Source: Acidobacteriota bacterium
GTDB taxonomy: Bacteria > Acidobacteriota > Thermoanaerobaculia > Gp7-AA8
Length of the DNA stretch: 64,000 nt
Reading direction: 5' to 3'
NCBI GenBank assembly: GCA_019244185.1
Contig: JAFATB010000006.1
Location: 224,001-288,000, forward strand
Shown here: piece after piece, positions 37,097 to 48,158 of the stretch
Position numbering within the stretch: position 1 is the stretch's first letter
How the letters are laid out: every line of letters starts with the position of its first letter
Program-made: the position numbers and the translations under genes
The notes under the pieces: model-generated
The model's database searches: none
Told to the model about the DNA's origin: nothing
The model's input: the letters and a program-made list of their open reading frames with translations, nothing else

Positions 37097-38443
37097 TCAA
37101 TCGGTGAAGAACGCCGCGAGCGTACCGGCCAGAGCGATTCCGGCCGCGGTGTAGAGGCTGACCGCGGCGCCGTGCGGCACGGCGTCCGCGCCGCCGCGCG
37201 CGAGCACGGTGGTGAAGACGGCGCCGGCGATGCCGATGCCGAGGACCATGCCGACGTTGCGCGCGGTCGCGAGCACGCCGGACGCGATGCCCTGCCGGTG
37301 CGCGGGCGCGGCGCCCATCAGCGCGCTGTTGTTCGGACTGGTGAAGAGACCGACGCCGAGGCCGACGACGGCGAGTCCCGCGGCGACGAGGCCGCGCGAG
37401 GCGTGCGCGGTGAACGTCGCCAGCAGCACCAGGCCGACGGCGAGCACGAACATGCCGGTCGTGGTGAGCACGCGCGAGCCGATGCGATCGGAGAGCGCGC
37501 CCGCGAACGGCGCGACGATCGCCATCACGATCGGCTGCGCGGTGAGGACGAGCCCGGCCTGCTGCGCGTCGAGTCCACGTCCCTGAATCAAAAGGAACGG
37601 GATGATGAACAGCACGCTGTAGACGCAGATGTAGTTGCAAAGCGCGGTGATGGTCGCGCCGCTGAAGACGCGCGCGCGAAACAGCGACAGATCGAGCATC
37701 GGATCGGCGCGCCGGCGTTCCCACCGCACGAACGCAGCGAGCAACACGACGGCCGACACGAAGAGCAGCACGATCTTCAGCGACAGCCAGCCCCACGCGT
37801 GCCCCTGGTTCAGCGCGACGAGGAGCAGCACGAGTCCCGACGTGAAGAGCGCGGCGCCGCCGAAGTCGAAGGTCTCGCCGGTGCGCTCGGGACGATCGTT
37901 CTCGATGAAGTGCAGCGAGAGCGCGATCGCGAGGAGGCCGACCGGCACGTTGATGAAGAAGACCGCGCGCCAACTGAACGCGTGCGCGAGCCAGCCGCCG
38001 AACGACGGACCGGTCGTGAGGCCGAGGTACGTGAACATCGCCTGCGCGCCGAGAGCGCGGCCGCGCTGCTCGCGCGGGAAGGCTTTCGTCAGAATGGCGG
38101 GACCGTTCGCGAGCATCGCCGCACCTAGCGCCTGCAACGCGCGCATGCCGATCAGCACGCGCGCGGTCGACGCGAAACCGCAGAGCGCCGAGCCGAGGAC
38201 GAACAGCACGAAGCCGCCGACGTAGACGCGCTTGTGCCCGCGCAGATCGCCCGCGCGTCCGACGATGAGCAGCAGCGCGCTGATGACGAGCAGGTAGATC
38301 GTCGCCACCCACTCGATGCCGGCGACGCTCGCGTGCAACTCCTCGCGCAGCACCGGCAGGACGGTGTTGACGACGCTGCCGTCGAGCGCGGACATGAACG
38401 TGCCGACGCCGACGGAGGTGAGCACCCACCACTTCTTATCCAT
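37097..38443 (-). CDS. MFS transporter, DHA2 family
   Basis: Start MDKKWW overlaps the jmjC stop; FMSALDGSVVN, GRAGDLRGHKR, GPSFGGWL...WRAVFFINVPVG and SPNNSALMG motifs. Confidence 0.92.
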   Translation of the reverse strand: MDKKWWVLTSVGVGTFMSALDGSVVNTVLPVLREELHASVAGIEWVATIYLLVISALLLIVGRAGDLRGHKRVYVGGFVLFVLGSALCGFASTARVLIGMRALQALGAAMLANGPAILTKAFPREQRGRALGAQAMFTYLGLTTGPSFGGWLAHAFSWRAVFFINVPVGLLAIALSLHFIENDRPERTGETFDFGGAALFTSGLVLLLVALNQGHAWGWLSLKIVLLFVSAVVLLAAFVRWERRRADPMLDLSLFRARVFSGATITALCNYICVYSVLFIIPFLLIQGRGLDAQQAGLVLTAQPIVMAIVAPFAGALSDRIGSRVLTTTGMFVLAVGLVLLATFTAHASRGLVAAGLAVVGLGVGLFTSPNNSALMGAAPAHRQGIASGVLATARNVGMVLGIGIAGAVFTTVLARGGADAVPHGAAVSLYTAAGIALAGTLAAFFTD

Positions 38444-39122
38444 GTTTTTGCACGGGCGCACGCGCCGCCGCCGGCGACAGGATTCCGATCGAGATCGACA
38501 TCGCGTCTTCGTGCGCGCGCGCGACGTGCCACCAGCCGCGCGGCACGTAGAGCCAGTCGCCGGCGATGAGCGTGCTGGCGACGGCCGGCGAAGTCTCGCG
38601 CTCGAAGTGCATGTCGCGCGGCATCGCGTCGAGCGTCGGTGCGGGATTCACGGTGTTCGCGCGCAGAAAGTACTCCTTCGTGCCCATCGCCTGCGCGATG
38701 AAGACGTCTTCACAGTCGTAGTGCCAGCCGAAGCTGTGAAAGCCCTTCGGCGTGAGGTAGAGCTGGATGGACACGTCGCCGTCGAGTTGCGGCGCGAACG
38801 TGCGCGCGAGCTCCGCGAGCGACGCGTCGTAGCGCTCCGTGCGGCGCAGCACGAGCGAGTAGCCGCGGTCGAAGAGCGCGCGCAGTTCCGCGAACGTCTG
38901 CGGCGCGGGATCGAGCAGCCGTCCGTTGCGGACGACGAGCATGTCGGGCTTCACGCGCTGCGCGAGCATCCGCTCGACGACGTTCCAGTCGAGCAGCGGC
39001 ATCGCGGATTTCGCCGCGGACGGCCGCGCGAGCGGCGCCTTCTGAAAGTGCCGCGCGAGAAACGCGTCGACGCTCTCGTCGTCGAGCCATTCCGCCAGCG
39101 TGGGAGATGCGCTACTCTGCAC
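38436..39122 (-). CDS. JmjC/cupin 2-oxoglutarate oxygenase (RoxA/YcfD-like)
   Basis: LYLTP...FGWHYD..DVFIAQ..GTK and GDWLYVPRGWWH give an HxD...H triad. The start is uncertain (GTG 39122 or 39158). Confidence 0.85.
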   Translation of the reverse strand: MQSSASPTLAEWLDDESVDAFLARHFQKAPLARPSAAKSAMPLLDWNVVERMLAQRVKPDMLVVRNGRLLDPAPQTFAELRALFDRGYSLVLRRTERYDASLAELARTFAPQLDGDVSIQLYLTPKGFHSFGWHYDCEDVFIAQAMGTKEYFLRANTVNPAPTLDAMPRDMHFERETSPAVASTLIAGDWLYVPRGWWHVARAHEDAMSISIGILSPAAARAPVQKHG

Positions 39123-39126
39123 GGCG

Positions 39127-40200
39127 ATGGGTTCGCTCCACTCGGTGATCGCAGGCACCGGGAGCTACATCCCGCCCCGGCGCGTGACGAACGATGATTT
39201 TCTGGATCGCGATTTTCGCGCTCCGGACGGGTCGAAGCTTGCGAAATCTACACCGGAGATCCTCGCGCAGTTCGAGTCGATCACCGGCATCCGCGAGCGC
39301 CGCTACGCGACCGAGACGATGGTCGCCACCGATCTCGCCTATGAAGCGGCAAAGGCGGCGCTCGACTCGTCGGGCATCGATCCCGAGACGCTCGACCTCA
39401 TCATCGTCGCGCACAACTTCGGCGACGTCCGCGGCGGCGGCCGCTCGGACATGGTCCCCGCGCTCGCCGCGCGTGTGAAAGCAAAGCTGCGCATCCGCGC
39501 GCCGCAGGCCGTCGCGTTCGATCTGATCATGGGCTGCCCCGGCTGGCTTCAAGGGATGATCGTGGCCGACTCGTTCATCCGCAGCGGCAACGCACGCCGC
39601 GCGCTCGTCATCGGCGCGGACACGCTCTCGCGCATCTCCGATCCACACGACCGCGACAGCCTGATCTACGCCGACGGCGCCGGCGCCACGATTCTCGAAG
39701 CCGTCGATTCTCCCTCCCCCATCGGCGTCCTCGGCCACGCCGCGCGCTCCGACACGCTCGACCACTCGACCATGCTCTTCATGGGACCGTCGTACAACGA
39801 GGAAGTCTTTCTCGAGGCGCTGTTCCTCAAGATGGAAGGGCGCAAGCTGTACAAGTACGCGCTGCAGACCGTCGCCGGCGCGATGAAGCAATGTCTCGAT
39901 GACGCCGGCGTGCCGATCGCGTCGCTGCGCAAGATCCTCCTCCACCAGGCGAACGGCAAGATGGACGAAGCGATCCTCGGCGCGTTCTACGAGCTCTACG
40001 ACGCGCCGCCGCCCGCCGACATCCTGCCGATGACGATCGCGTGGCTCGGCAACAGCTCCGTCGCGACGGTGCCGACGCTCTACGATCTCATCGCGAAGAA
40101 CGAGCTGCCGCCGCATGCGTTCGCGTCCGGCGACGTGCTGCTGTTCGCGTCCGTCGGCGCGGGGATGCACATCAACGCGATGGCGTATCGCGTGCCCTAG
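39127..40200 (+). CDS. fabH: 3-oxoacyl-ACP synthase III family protein
   Basis: GTGSYIP, TGIRERR, catalytic GCPGW, ADGAGA, HQAN, GNSSVAT and SVGAGM motifs; likely start ATG 39127. Confidence 0.9.
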   Translation: MGSLHSVIAGTGSYIPPRRVTNDDFLDRDFRAPDGSKLAKSTPEILAQFESITGIRERRYATETMVATDLAYEAAKAALDSSGIDPETLDLIIVAHNFGDVRGGGRSDMVPALAARVKAKLRIRAPQAVAFDLIMGCPGWLQGMIVADSFIRSGNARRALVIGADTLSRISDPHDRDSLIYADGAGATILEAVDSPSPIGVLGHAARSDTLDHSTMLFMGPSYNEEVFLEALFLKMEGRKLYKYALQTVAGAMKQCLDDAGVPIASLRKILLHQANGKMDEAILGAFYELYDAPPPADILPMTIAWLGNSSVATVPTLYDLIAKNELPPHAFASGDVLLFASVGAGMHINAMAYRVP

Positions 40201-42583
40201 TGCCATCGACGATCGAAGCGATGATCGCGTCCGCGCGTGCCTCGGGCAATCGCCGCTCGTAGCCCCAGATCCCGTCGAGCCATTCCGTGCCGGTCGTCTT
40301 CTCCTGCGCCTCGCTGATCATGCGCAGCGCCTCGACGACGCCGGGCACGACGTACGTGTGGCCGCGCGGATCGCGCAGCATCGTCCACAGCCAGTCCTGC
40401 ATCGTGCCGAGGTCCGTACGCGCGTGCGCGAGGAGCGCGCCGAGCGCGCGCAGGCGATAGACGACGGCGAGCAGACCGCACGTGGCGAAGAACGAATACG
40501 GTTCGAGCGCGCGCAGCCGCGCACCGAACGACTCTGGATCGCGATCGACCGTGACCACGCCCGGCGCGAGCTCGCCGGCGACTTTCGCGCTGGAGACGAT
40601 GCCGTGCGGGCGGAAGTCGATGAAGCCGTTGACGCTCAGCTGGAACGCGACGAATTCGTCGTAGCTCACGTTGACATTCGCTTTCGCGAAGCTGTCGCGG
40701 AAGATGCGCTGCAGCGCGTCGTCGGTCGCGGCGATGTCGCCGAGCGGCGCGATCCAGAAGCCGCTGCGCGCGACGGCGTTGCCGTCTTCGTCTTCGACGA
40801 CGATCGGCGAGCCGAGCGAGGTCACGGCGAACACCGCTTCGAGCACGACCTTCAGCACCGCGACGTGCGCTTCGTCGCGCGCGCCGAACTGCCCCGGCTC
40901 GACGAGCGGCTTTAGCGCGAGCAGTTGTCCCGGTTTGTCGGCCAGGACCAGCGTGCGCAGATCGCGCGCGAGCGCGTCGAGATCCCACGCCTCGACGTCG
41001 CGGAACGTGAGCGGCCGCGAGTTCTCGAGGAAGAACGCTTTCGGATCGAATGACGCGCGCGGGTACTGCTCGAGCGCGTCCACGTCGAGCGTGCGCAGGC
41101 GGTGCAGGAGGATCAGCAGCGACAGCGTGTGCAACTCGGCCTGATGTTTCGCGGAGCCGAGGTCCTGCAGCGCCATCGGATCGACGCCGCTCAGCTGCAC
41201 GCCGAGGAGCGACGGCTGATAGAGGAAATCGAAGACCGGCTTCACGTTCGCGGTTTCGGTGTAGTAGCAGATGTAGTCGCGGAACCACGGCACGTTCGGG
41301 TCGTCGCCGAGAAGGCCGACGGTGGCGAGGACGTGTCCGAGCTCGGAGACCGACGCGACTTTCATCACGCGATAGAGCGCGTCGGCGTTGGCGACGCTGA
41401 AGAAGCCGTTCTCGCCGCTGCGGATCACGTATTCGGGGAGCAGCTGTTCGCCGCGCTTGAAGTGCAGCGCGCGCGACTTCGCATTCGCGCGTTCGCCGAG
41501 CGGCAGCGTGGCGGGCTTGAAGAGATGAATGAACTGCTTGCGCTCGCGCGCGCCGCGGAAGAGCTCGTGCGGCGCATCGCGCAACGCTTTCACCGCGTCG
41601 CGGTGCAACGGGATCTGCTCGCGCATGCGCACTTCGTCGATGCCGATCGCCGCGGCGGTAACGAGCATGTAGATGCCGTGCTGCGCGTACTCCTTCGTGA
41701 GCTTCTCCGCCTCGATGTGCTTCTGGCGGAGGAACTCGTCGCGCGCGGCGTGCGCGAAGCCGAGGCGCGGGTTCGTCGCGCCGTCCGCGGTCTCGTCGTA
41801 CATGCCGCCGACGCCGGTGGTGTGCGCGACGAGCACGCGCGCGTTCCAGTCGCGATCGACGGCGGCGAGATCGTCCGCGAACGCGGTCTCGAACGCGTCC
41901 TTCATCTGCTGCGTGAAGGTGTCGCCGAGGCCGAGCTCGTTCGCGACGATCGTGAGGCCGCCGGTCTGATACGCGAGGATGCTCGGCAGCGGAAAGCCGA
42001 GCAGCACCGAACGGAACGGCTTCTCGCCGTAGTCGCGCAGGCGCAGCAGACGGTCTTCGAGGAACGACGTGATCGGCCGCGACGCGCGCACGTAACGCAA
42101 CAGCGCCTCGCCGATTTCCTGCTGCGATTGCGTGCGCGCGGTGCCGGCGATGCCGAGAAACTCGTCGACGGCGGCGGCGCGCGAGGCGCGGTCGGCATCG
42201 GTGACGATCTCCAGTCCCGGCACCGGCTTCATCTCGAATTTCGACACGGCCACGTAGACGCCGCCGGGCGAGAGGAAGCCGTGCTCGAAGTGGCGCGGCA
42301 CGGCGTCGGCGCCCCAGCGCGTGCGCGTGTAGCGTTTGAAGCGCGATTCGAACGAGCGCACCTCGTCGTCGCTGCGTCCCGTGACGATGAGCACCGGCAC
42401 GTCGTCGACGGACGCCGGCGGCCGCATGGCCATCATCTCCTCGAACATCGCCACCATCTGCAGCGCCGCGGCGCCGCCGACCGCGCCGGTACCGCCGATG
42501 AACACGTGCACGTCGCGGTAATGGTCGCCCGCGTGCGCCGCCGCGGCGAGGCGCGGGCCGAATCGGGATTTCTTGAATCGCAT
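40172..42583 (-). CDS. Hypothetical 803-aa protein with N-terminal Rossmann-like NAD(P)-binding motif
   Basis: Long ORF with natural amino-acid composition and GAGG RBS; VFIGGTGAVGG near the N-terminus; no family confidently recognised. Confidence 0.75.
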   Translation of the reverse strand: MRFKKSRFGPRLAAAAHAGDHYRDVHVFIGGTGAVGGAAALQMVAMFEEMMAMRPPASVDDVPVLIVTGRSDDEVRSFESRFKRYTRTRWGADAVPRHFEHGFLSPGGVYVAVSKFEMKPVPGLEIVTDADRASRAAAVDEFLGIAGTARTQSQQEIGEALLRYVRASRPITSFLEDRLLRLRDYGEKPFRSVLLGFPLPSILAYQTGGLTIVANELGLGDTFTQQMKDAFETAFADDLAAVDRDWNARVLVAHTTGVGGMYDETADGATNPRLGFAHAARDEFLRQKHIEAEKLTKEYAQHGIYMLVTAAAIGIDEVRMREQIPLHRDAVKALRDAPHELFRGARERKQFIHLFKPATLPLGERANAKSRALHFKRGEQLLPEYVIRSGENGFFSVANADALYRVMKVASVSELGHVLATVGLLGDDPNVPWFRDYICYYTETANVKPVFDFLYQPSLLGVQLSGVDPMALQDLGSAKHQAELHTLSLLILLHRLRTLDVDALEQYPRASFDPKAFFLENSRPLTFRDVEAWDLDALARDLRTLVLADKPGQLLALKPLVEPGQFGARDEAHVAVLKVVLEAVFAVTSLGSPIVVEDEDGNAVARSGFWIAPLGDIAATDDALQRIFRDSFAKANVNVSYDEFVAFQLSVNGFIDFRPHGIVSSAKVAGELAPGVVTVDRDPESFGARLRALEPYSFFATCGLLAVVYRLRALGALLAHARTDLGTMQDWLWTMLRDPRGHTYVVPGVVEALRMISEAQEKTTGTEWLDGIWGYERRLPEARADAIIASIVDGTRARDTPSR

Positions 42584-42646
42584 CGCTGCCTGAAGACTAC
42601 CTCAGGCCCGCACGCAATCCCACCGCCTCGGCCCGCCCCCTATCGT

Positions 42647-45042
42647 TTACGCCTGTTCGCGGAGCAACGCCGCCGGCCGCACGGATCGCGCGCGCAGCGA
42701 CGGCAGCGTCGCGGCGAGCAGCGTCGCGATCACGAGCAGAACCATCACGATCGCCGCCGAACGCACGTCGAACGTGGCCGCGCCGTAGACGACGAGCGAC
42801 GCCACGCGCTGCGCGCCGAACGCCAGCGCGAGACCGGCGGCGAGGCCGAGCGCGACGGAGCGCAACGCGCGCTGCACGACCTCGACGACGATCGCGCGCG
42901 GTGTCGCGCCGAACGCGAGCCGCACGCCGATCTCGCGCCTGCGCTTCGCCACCGCGTACGCGGTCATGCCGTAGATGCCGGCCGCGGCGAGCACGAGCGC
43001 GACGAGCGCGAAGCTCGTCAGCAGGACAGCCTGCAAACGGTCGGCGCCGACCGCGGCGTCCATGAGCGTCGACAGCGAGCTCTCGTCCGACGGCGTGAGG
43101 TCGCGGTCGAGCGACCAGACCGCGCGGCGCACGGCATCGCGGTACGAAAGCGGATCGCCATGCGTGCGCACGAGCAGCGTGAGATAGATGTTGTTGTTCT
43201 GCAGGAACGGCGAGTACATCGTCGGCTGCGGCTCGGCGGCGGGACCGTCGTCCTGCACGTCGGCGGCGACGCCGACGATCGTCGAACGTCCGCCGGCGCC
43301 GCGCACGATCGACTGTCCGAGGGCGGACGCGTTGCCAAAGAAGCGTTTCGCGAACGACGCGCTGACGATCGCCACCGGCGGCGCGTCGAGCGTGTCGCCG
43401 TCGTTGAACGCGCGTCCGGCGATGAGCGGGATGCGCATCGTCGCAAAGTACGGCGGCGTGATGCGGCGGAAGTTCGTGGAGATTGGCTCCGGAAAGCGAT
43501 CGGTGGCGAGCATCGTCGACACCGCGCTGCCCGGCGCGAAGTTGCACGTCGTCGTCGCCGCGGACTCGACGCCCGGCACCTGCGCGACGCGCCGCACGAG
43601 CTCGCGCGCGTATGCGGCGCGTCCTTTCTTGTCGTAGCGCGGCGGCAGCACGAGCTGCGAGACGAGCACGTGGTTCGCGTCGAACCCGAGGTGTGTCTGG
43701 CGCAGCTCGCGGAAGCGATGCACGGTGGCCGTCGCTGCGAGCAGCAGCGGCACCGCGAGCGCGACCTGCACGACGATGAACAGCTCGCGCAGCCGCGTGC
43801 CGCGCACGCTCGACGACGCACGCGTGCCCTGTTCGCGCAGCGCGTTCGTCAGCGCCGTGCGCGTCTCCAGCAGCGCCGGCACGAGTGCGACGACGACGCC
43901 CGTCACGATCGCGAGCGCGAACAGAAACAGCGGCAGGAACCACGCGCCCTCGACCGGCGTCGTGAGCGAGTCATCGAACTGCCGCAACAGCACGAGACGC
44001 AACGCGAGCGCGCCGAGCACGAGGCCGGCCACTCCGCCCGCGAGCGACGTGAGCAGACTCTCGATGAGCCGGTAGCGGAGGATGTGCGCGCGGCCGGCGC
44101 CGAGGACGAGCCGCAACGCCGTGAGCCCGCGCTCGTCCGCGATCTGCACGGAGAGCAGGCTGCCGACGTTGACGCACGCGAGCACGTGCACGAGCGCGAC
44201 CATCAGCCAGAGCACGATGAGCGCGTGGCGGCGGTCGCCGAACGCGGCGTCGCGCAGCGAGCGCACCGCGGCGGTCCAATGCTGCTGCGAGTCGGGAAAC
44301 TCGATCGCCAGCTGCGCGCTGATCCGCCGCAGCTCCGCTTCTCCCTGCTTCGGCGTGACACCATCGCGCAAACGCCCGAAGACGGTGTAGCCGCGCGCGT
44401 TGTGCGCCGGCATGTTCGCGGGACTGAAGCCGTTCGGCACGAAGAGGTCGGGCCGCGGCGCGATCGCGGCGATCTCGAAGGTCTCCGGCATCACGCCCAC
44501 GATCGACAGCGGTTGTCCGTCGACGACGATCGTACGTCCGATGACGCGCGGGTCGCCGCCGAAGCGCCGCCGCCACAAGCCGTACGACAACATCGCCACG
44601 CGCGGCGTCACCGTGTTCTCCTCCGGAACGAAGTCGCGGCCGAGCATGGGACGCACCTGAAAGAGCCGGAAGATGCCGATGGTGACGTTCGCGCCGTGGA
44701 TGCTCTCCGGATCGCCGCTGCCGCGCACCGTCATCGACACCGGCCGCGCGGCCTCGATCGCGGAGAACTGCGACGAACGCCGCTGCCACTGCACGATCTC
44801 CACGCTGCCGGAGGGAAACTTCTCTTCGGTTTTGTCCGGGCTGATGAACGACGATGCGATCGCCAGCAAACGATCCGCGCGCGGATAGCGCAGCGGCCGC
44901 AGGAGCGTGCGGCCGATGACGGTGAAGACGGCCACGTTCGCGCCGATGCTGAGCGCGAGGATCGTCGCGGCCACGACGGGGACGAGCGGGCGGCGGCGGA
45001 AAGCGGCGACGATCGCGCGCAGCTCGTGCGCGAGGAGCGCGC

Positions 45043-45046
<4 letters not shown>
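42647..45046 (-). CDS. Duplicated MacB/FtsX-type ABC permease (ADOP-like)
   Basis: LALSIGANVAVF, LLRPLRYP..DRL, LSYGLWRRRFGGDP, LACVNVGSLL and GIYG..AYAV..RRREIGVRLAFGA motifs; internal duplication. Confidence 0.93.
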
Positions 45047-45749
<703 letters not shown>

Positions 45750-45753
<4 letters not shown>

Positions 45754-47021
45754 GGTCTGGCCTCCTGGTCGGTGATGGCGATGCGATCGAAACGGTCGAA
45801 CGCAGAGGTATCGGAGAGGATCACGCGATCGCCGGGCGCGAGGCCGCCGAGGACTTCGATCGCGTTGAAAGACATGCGGCCGGTGCGGACGGACGTGCGC
45901 ACGGCGGTCGTGCCGTCGGGCGCGAGCCGGAAGAGCATCAGCGTACCCTTCGCGTCGGCCTGCACGGGACGTCCCACGAAGACGGCGTTCGCGATGGTGG
46001 CAACGTCGATCGTGGCGTCGACGGAGAGATCCGGCCGCGCGCCGGACGGCAGCTCGCGCGGCAACGCGACGTCGACGGTCACGCTGCCGTTGTGCACGGA
46101 AGGATCGATGCGCGCGACGGTGCCGCGCACGATGCCGGTGTGCACGTCGACGTCGACCGCTTGTCCCGCGGCGAGCTGCGACGCCTGCACTTCCGACACC
46201 TGGATGACCGCCTTGAGCGGGAACGGCGCGGCGACGCGCGCGAGCACCGCGCCGGCATTCACGCGCTGCCCCGGCTCGACCGCGACTTCCTGCACGATGC
46301 CGGCGCGGCCGGCGCGCACGTGCAAACCGTCGCGTTGCTGATGCCGGAGCGCGACCAGCGCGCGCAGCTGCTCGACGCGCGCGGCCGCCGCGGCGACTTC
46401 GGTCTCCCGGCTCTCGCGCGCGAGCCGCAGACGCTTGTCCTCGACCGCGACGCGCGTGGCCAGCTGCGCCTCGCGCCCGCGCGAGAACTTCAGCGTCAGC
46501 GCGGAGATGAGCCCCGCTTTGGCCAGCTCGTCGTCGGCCGTCGCACGCAGCCGCGCCTCCTCGGCATCCGCGCGTGCCGCGGCGTCGAGCGCCTCCTGCG
46601 TCAGCAGCGCGCTCTCGACCTGATTGCGGCGGTTGTTGCACTCCGCCTCCGCCGCGCGCAGTTGCAGTTCGGCGTCGACGGCGGCCTGCTGCAGCTCCGG
46701 ATTCTGGATGTCGAGCAGCACGCTGTCATCGCGCACCGGCGCGCCAGGCAGCACGAGCACGCGCTCGACGCGCCCGTCCGCCGCCGCGGCGATCCACTGC
46801 ACGTTCTCCGGCGCGAGCACGCCGGAGCCGTGAATCTGGATGCGCAGCGTGCCGCGGCGAACGGTGTCGATCCACGCCTGAGAGCGGCCGAGCGACGGCA
46901 CCGCCGGTTTCTGCCGCGACAGCGCGACGCCGGCCACCGCGACGAGCACGAGAACGAATGCGAGTTGCACGGCCAGGCGACGCCGCCTGCCGGCCGGATC
47001 CGATTTGCGAACGATGTCCAT
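45750..47021 (-). CDS. Efflux periplasmic adaptor (HlyD/MFP family)
   Basis: Likely start MDIVRK (47021); N-terminal TM, lipoyl-like halves (GRVERVLVLPG; GIVQEVAVEPGQ), coiled coil and GLAPGDRVILSD. Confidence 0.9.
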
Positions 47022-47069
47022 GAGATGCGCCGAAGATACGGGCGCGCGCTTCACAAATCCAACGCATCG

Positions 47070-47098
47070 TTCGCATTGACTTCATGAACGACGGTCAT
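47070..47098. promoter_or_regulatory. LysR-type operator between the exporter operon and lysR
   Basis: T-N11-A dyad ATGAACGACGGTCAT (47084-47098) in the divergent intergenic region. Confidence 0.6.
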
Positions 47099-47112
47099 GC
47101 ATGCTGCGGCGC

Positions 47113-48090
47113 ATGAGCGAAGCCGAAACTCCCCCATCGCGCGGCCCGCGCGTGCTCGAAGTCCGCCATCTGCAGCTGATCGCCGCCATCGTGGACGAGG
47201 GAAACCTCACGCGCGCCGGCGAGCGCCTGCACCTCACACAATCGGCCCTCAGCCATCAGCTGCTGCAGCTCGAGGAACGCCTCGGCACGAAGGTCTTCCA
47301 TCGCATCCAGAAACGCCTCGCGCTCAACGACGCCGGGCAGCGCCTGCTCGCCACCGCGCGCGAAGTCCTCGGCAAGCTCGCGCAGGCCGAAGACGACCTC
47401 CGCCTCTTCGCCGACGACCGCCGCGGCACCATCCGCCTCACCACGGAGTGCTACACCGTCTACCACTGGCTGCCGAGCGTGATGAAGCGGTTCGCGAAAC
47501 GCTATCCGGACGTGGAGATCCGCATCGAGGTCGACGCGACGAACGCGCCGTTCGACGCGCTGCTGGCCGGCGTCGTCGACGTCGCATTCGTGACCACGGA
47601 GACGGCGCCGCGCGGCATCGCCACCGAGCCGCTGTTCGACGACGAGATGCACGTCATCGTCGCGCCGGAGCATCCGTTCGCGTCGAAGCCGTACGTCACG
47701 TGCGTGCAGCTCGCCGCGGAGACGCTGCTCACGTACTCGACGTTGCGCGGGAATCTCGTCTACGAACGCCTGCTCCGCCCCGCCGGCCTGGAGCCGAAGA
47801 AGCACCTGCAGGTGCAGCTGACCGAGGCGCTGATCGAGCTCGTGAAAGCACACGTGGGTGTGGCGGTGATGGCGCAGTGGGCGGTCGCGCCGTACGTGAA
47901 GTCGGGCGCGGTGATCGCCGTTCCGCTGACGCGGCGCGGCGTCGTGCGGCACTGGCAGGCCGCGCGGCTCGAGTCGCGGACTTTCCCGCGCTTCGTGCGG
48001 TCGTTCGTCGATCTCGTCGCCGCGGAAGGGCCGCACGCGCAGAAGCTCGCCATCGCGCTGCCCGAGTCGCGGCCGCGCGCGTCGCGCTGA
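47113..48090 (+). CDS. LysR-family transcriptional regulator
   Basis: HTH LEVRHL...GNLTRAGERLHLTQSALSHQLLQLEERLG plus a substrate-binding domain (ECYTVYHWLP); start 47113 or 47101. Confidence 0.95.
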   Translation: MSEAETPPSRGPRVLEVRHLQLIAAIVDEGNLTRAGERLHLTQSALSHQLLQLEERLGTKVFHRIQKRLALNDAGQRLLATAREVLGKLAQAEDDLRLFADDRRGTIRLTTECYTVYHWLPSVMKRFAKRYPDVEIRIEVDATNAPFDALLAGVVDVAFVTTETAPRGIATEPLFDDEMHVIVAPEHPFASKPYVTCVQLAAETLLTYSTLRGNLVYERLLRPAGLEPKKHLQVQLTEALIELVKAHVGVAVMAQWAVAPYVKSGAVIAVPLTRRGVVRHWQAARLESRTFPRFVRSFVDLVAAEGPHAQKLAIALPESRPRASR

Positions 48091-48115
48091 ACGCGCTTCA
48101 TCGCATCGATGCAAA
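48088..48115 (+). promoter_or_regulatory. Second LysR-type operator upstream of the oxidoreductase gene
   Basis: TGAACGCGCTTCA dyad (T-N11-A); 18/28 identical to the reverse complement of 47070-47097 (hand count). Confidence 0.5.
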
Positions 48116-48158
48116 GTCCGCGGTGTTCGGCGCTCGCGAAGTACGCGACACTGCGCGC

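Noticed and set aside
45754-46641. Long N-terminal extensions in the ORF track (ABC ATPase 532 aa; likewise PilZ 675 aa, oxidoreductase 566 aa, SLC13 976 aa)
   Set aside because: They are alternate-frame read-through over neighbouring genes, not fusions. True starts were placed at motif boundaries.
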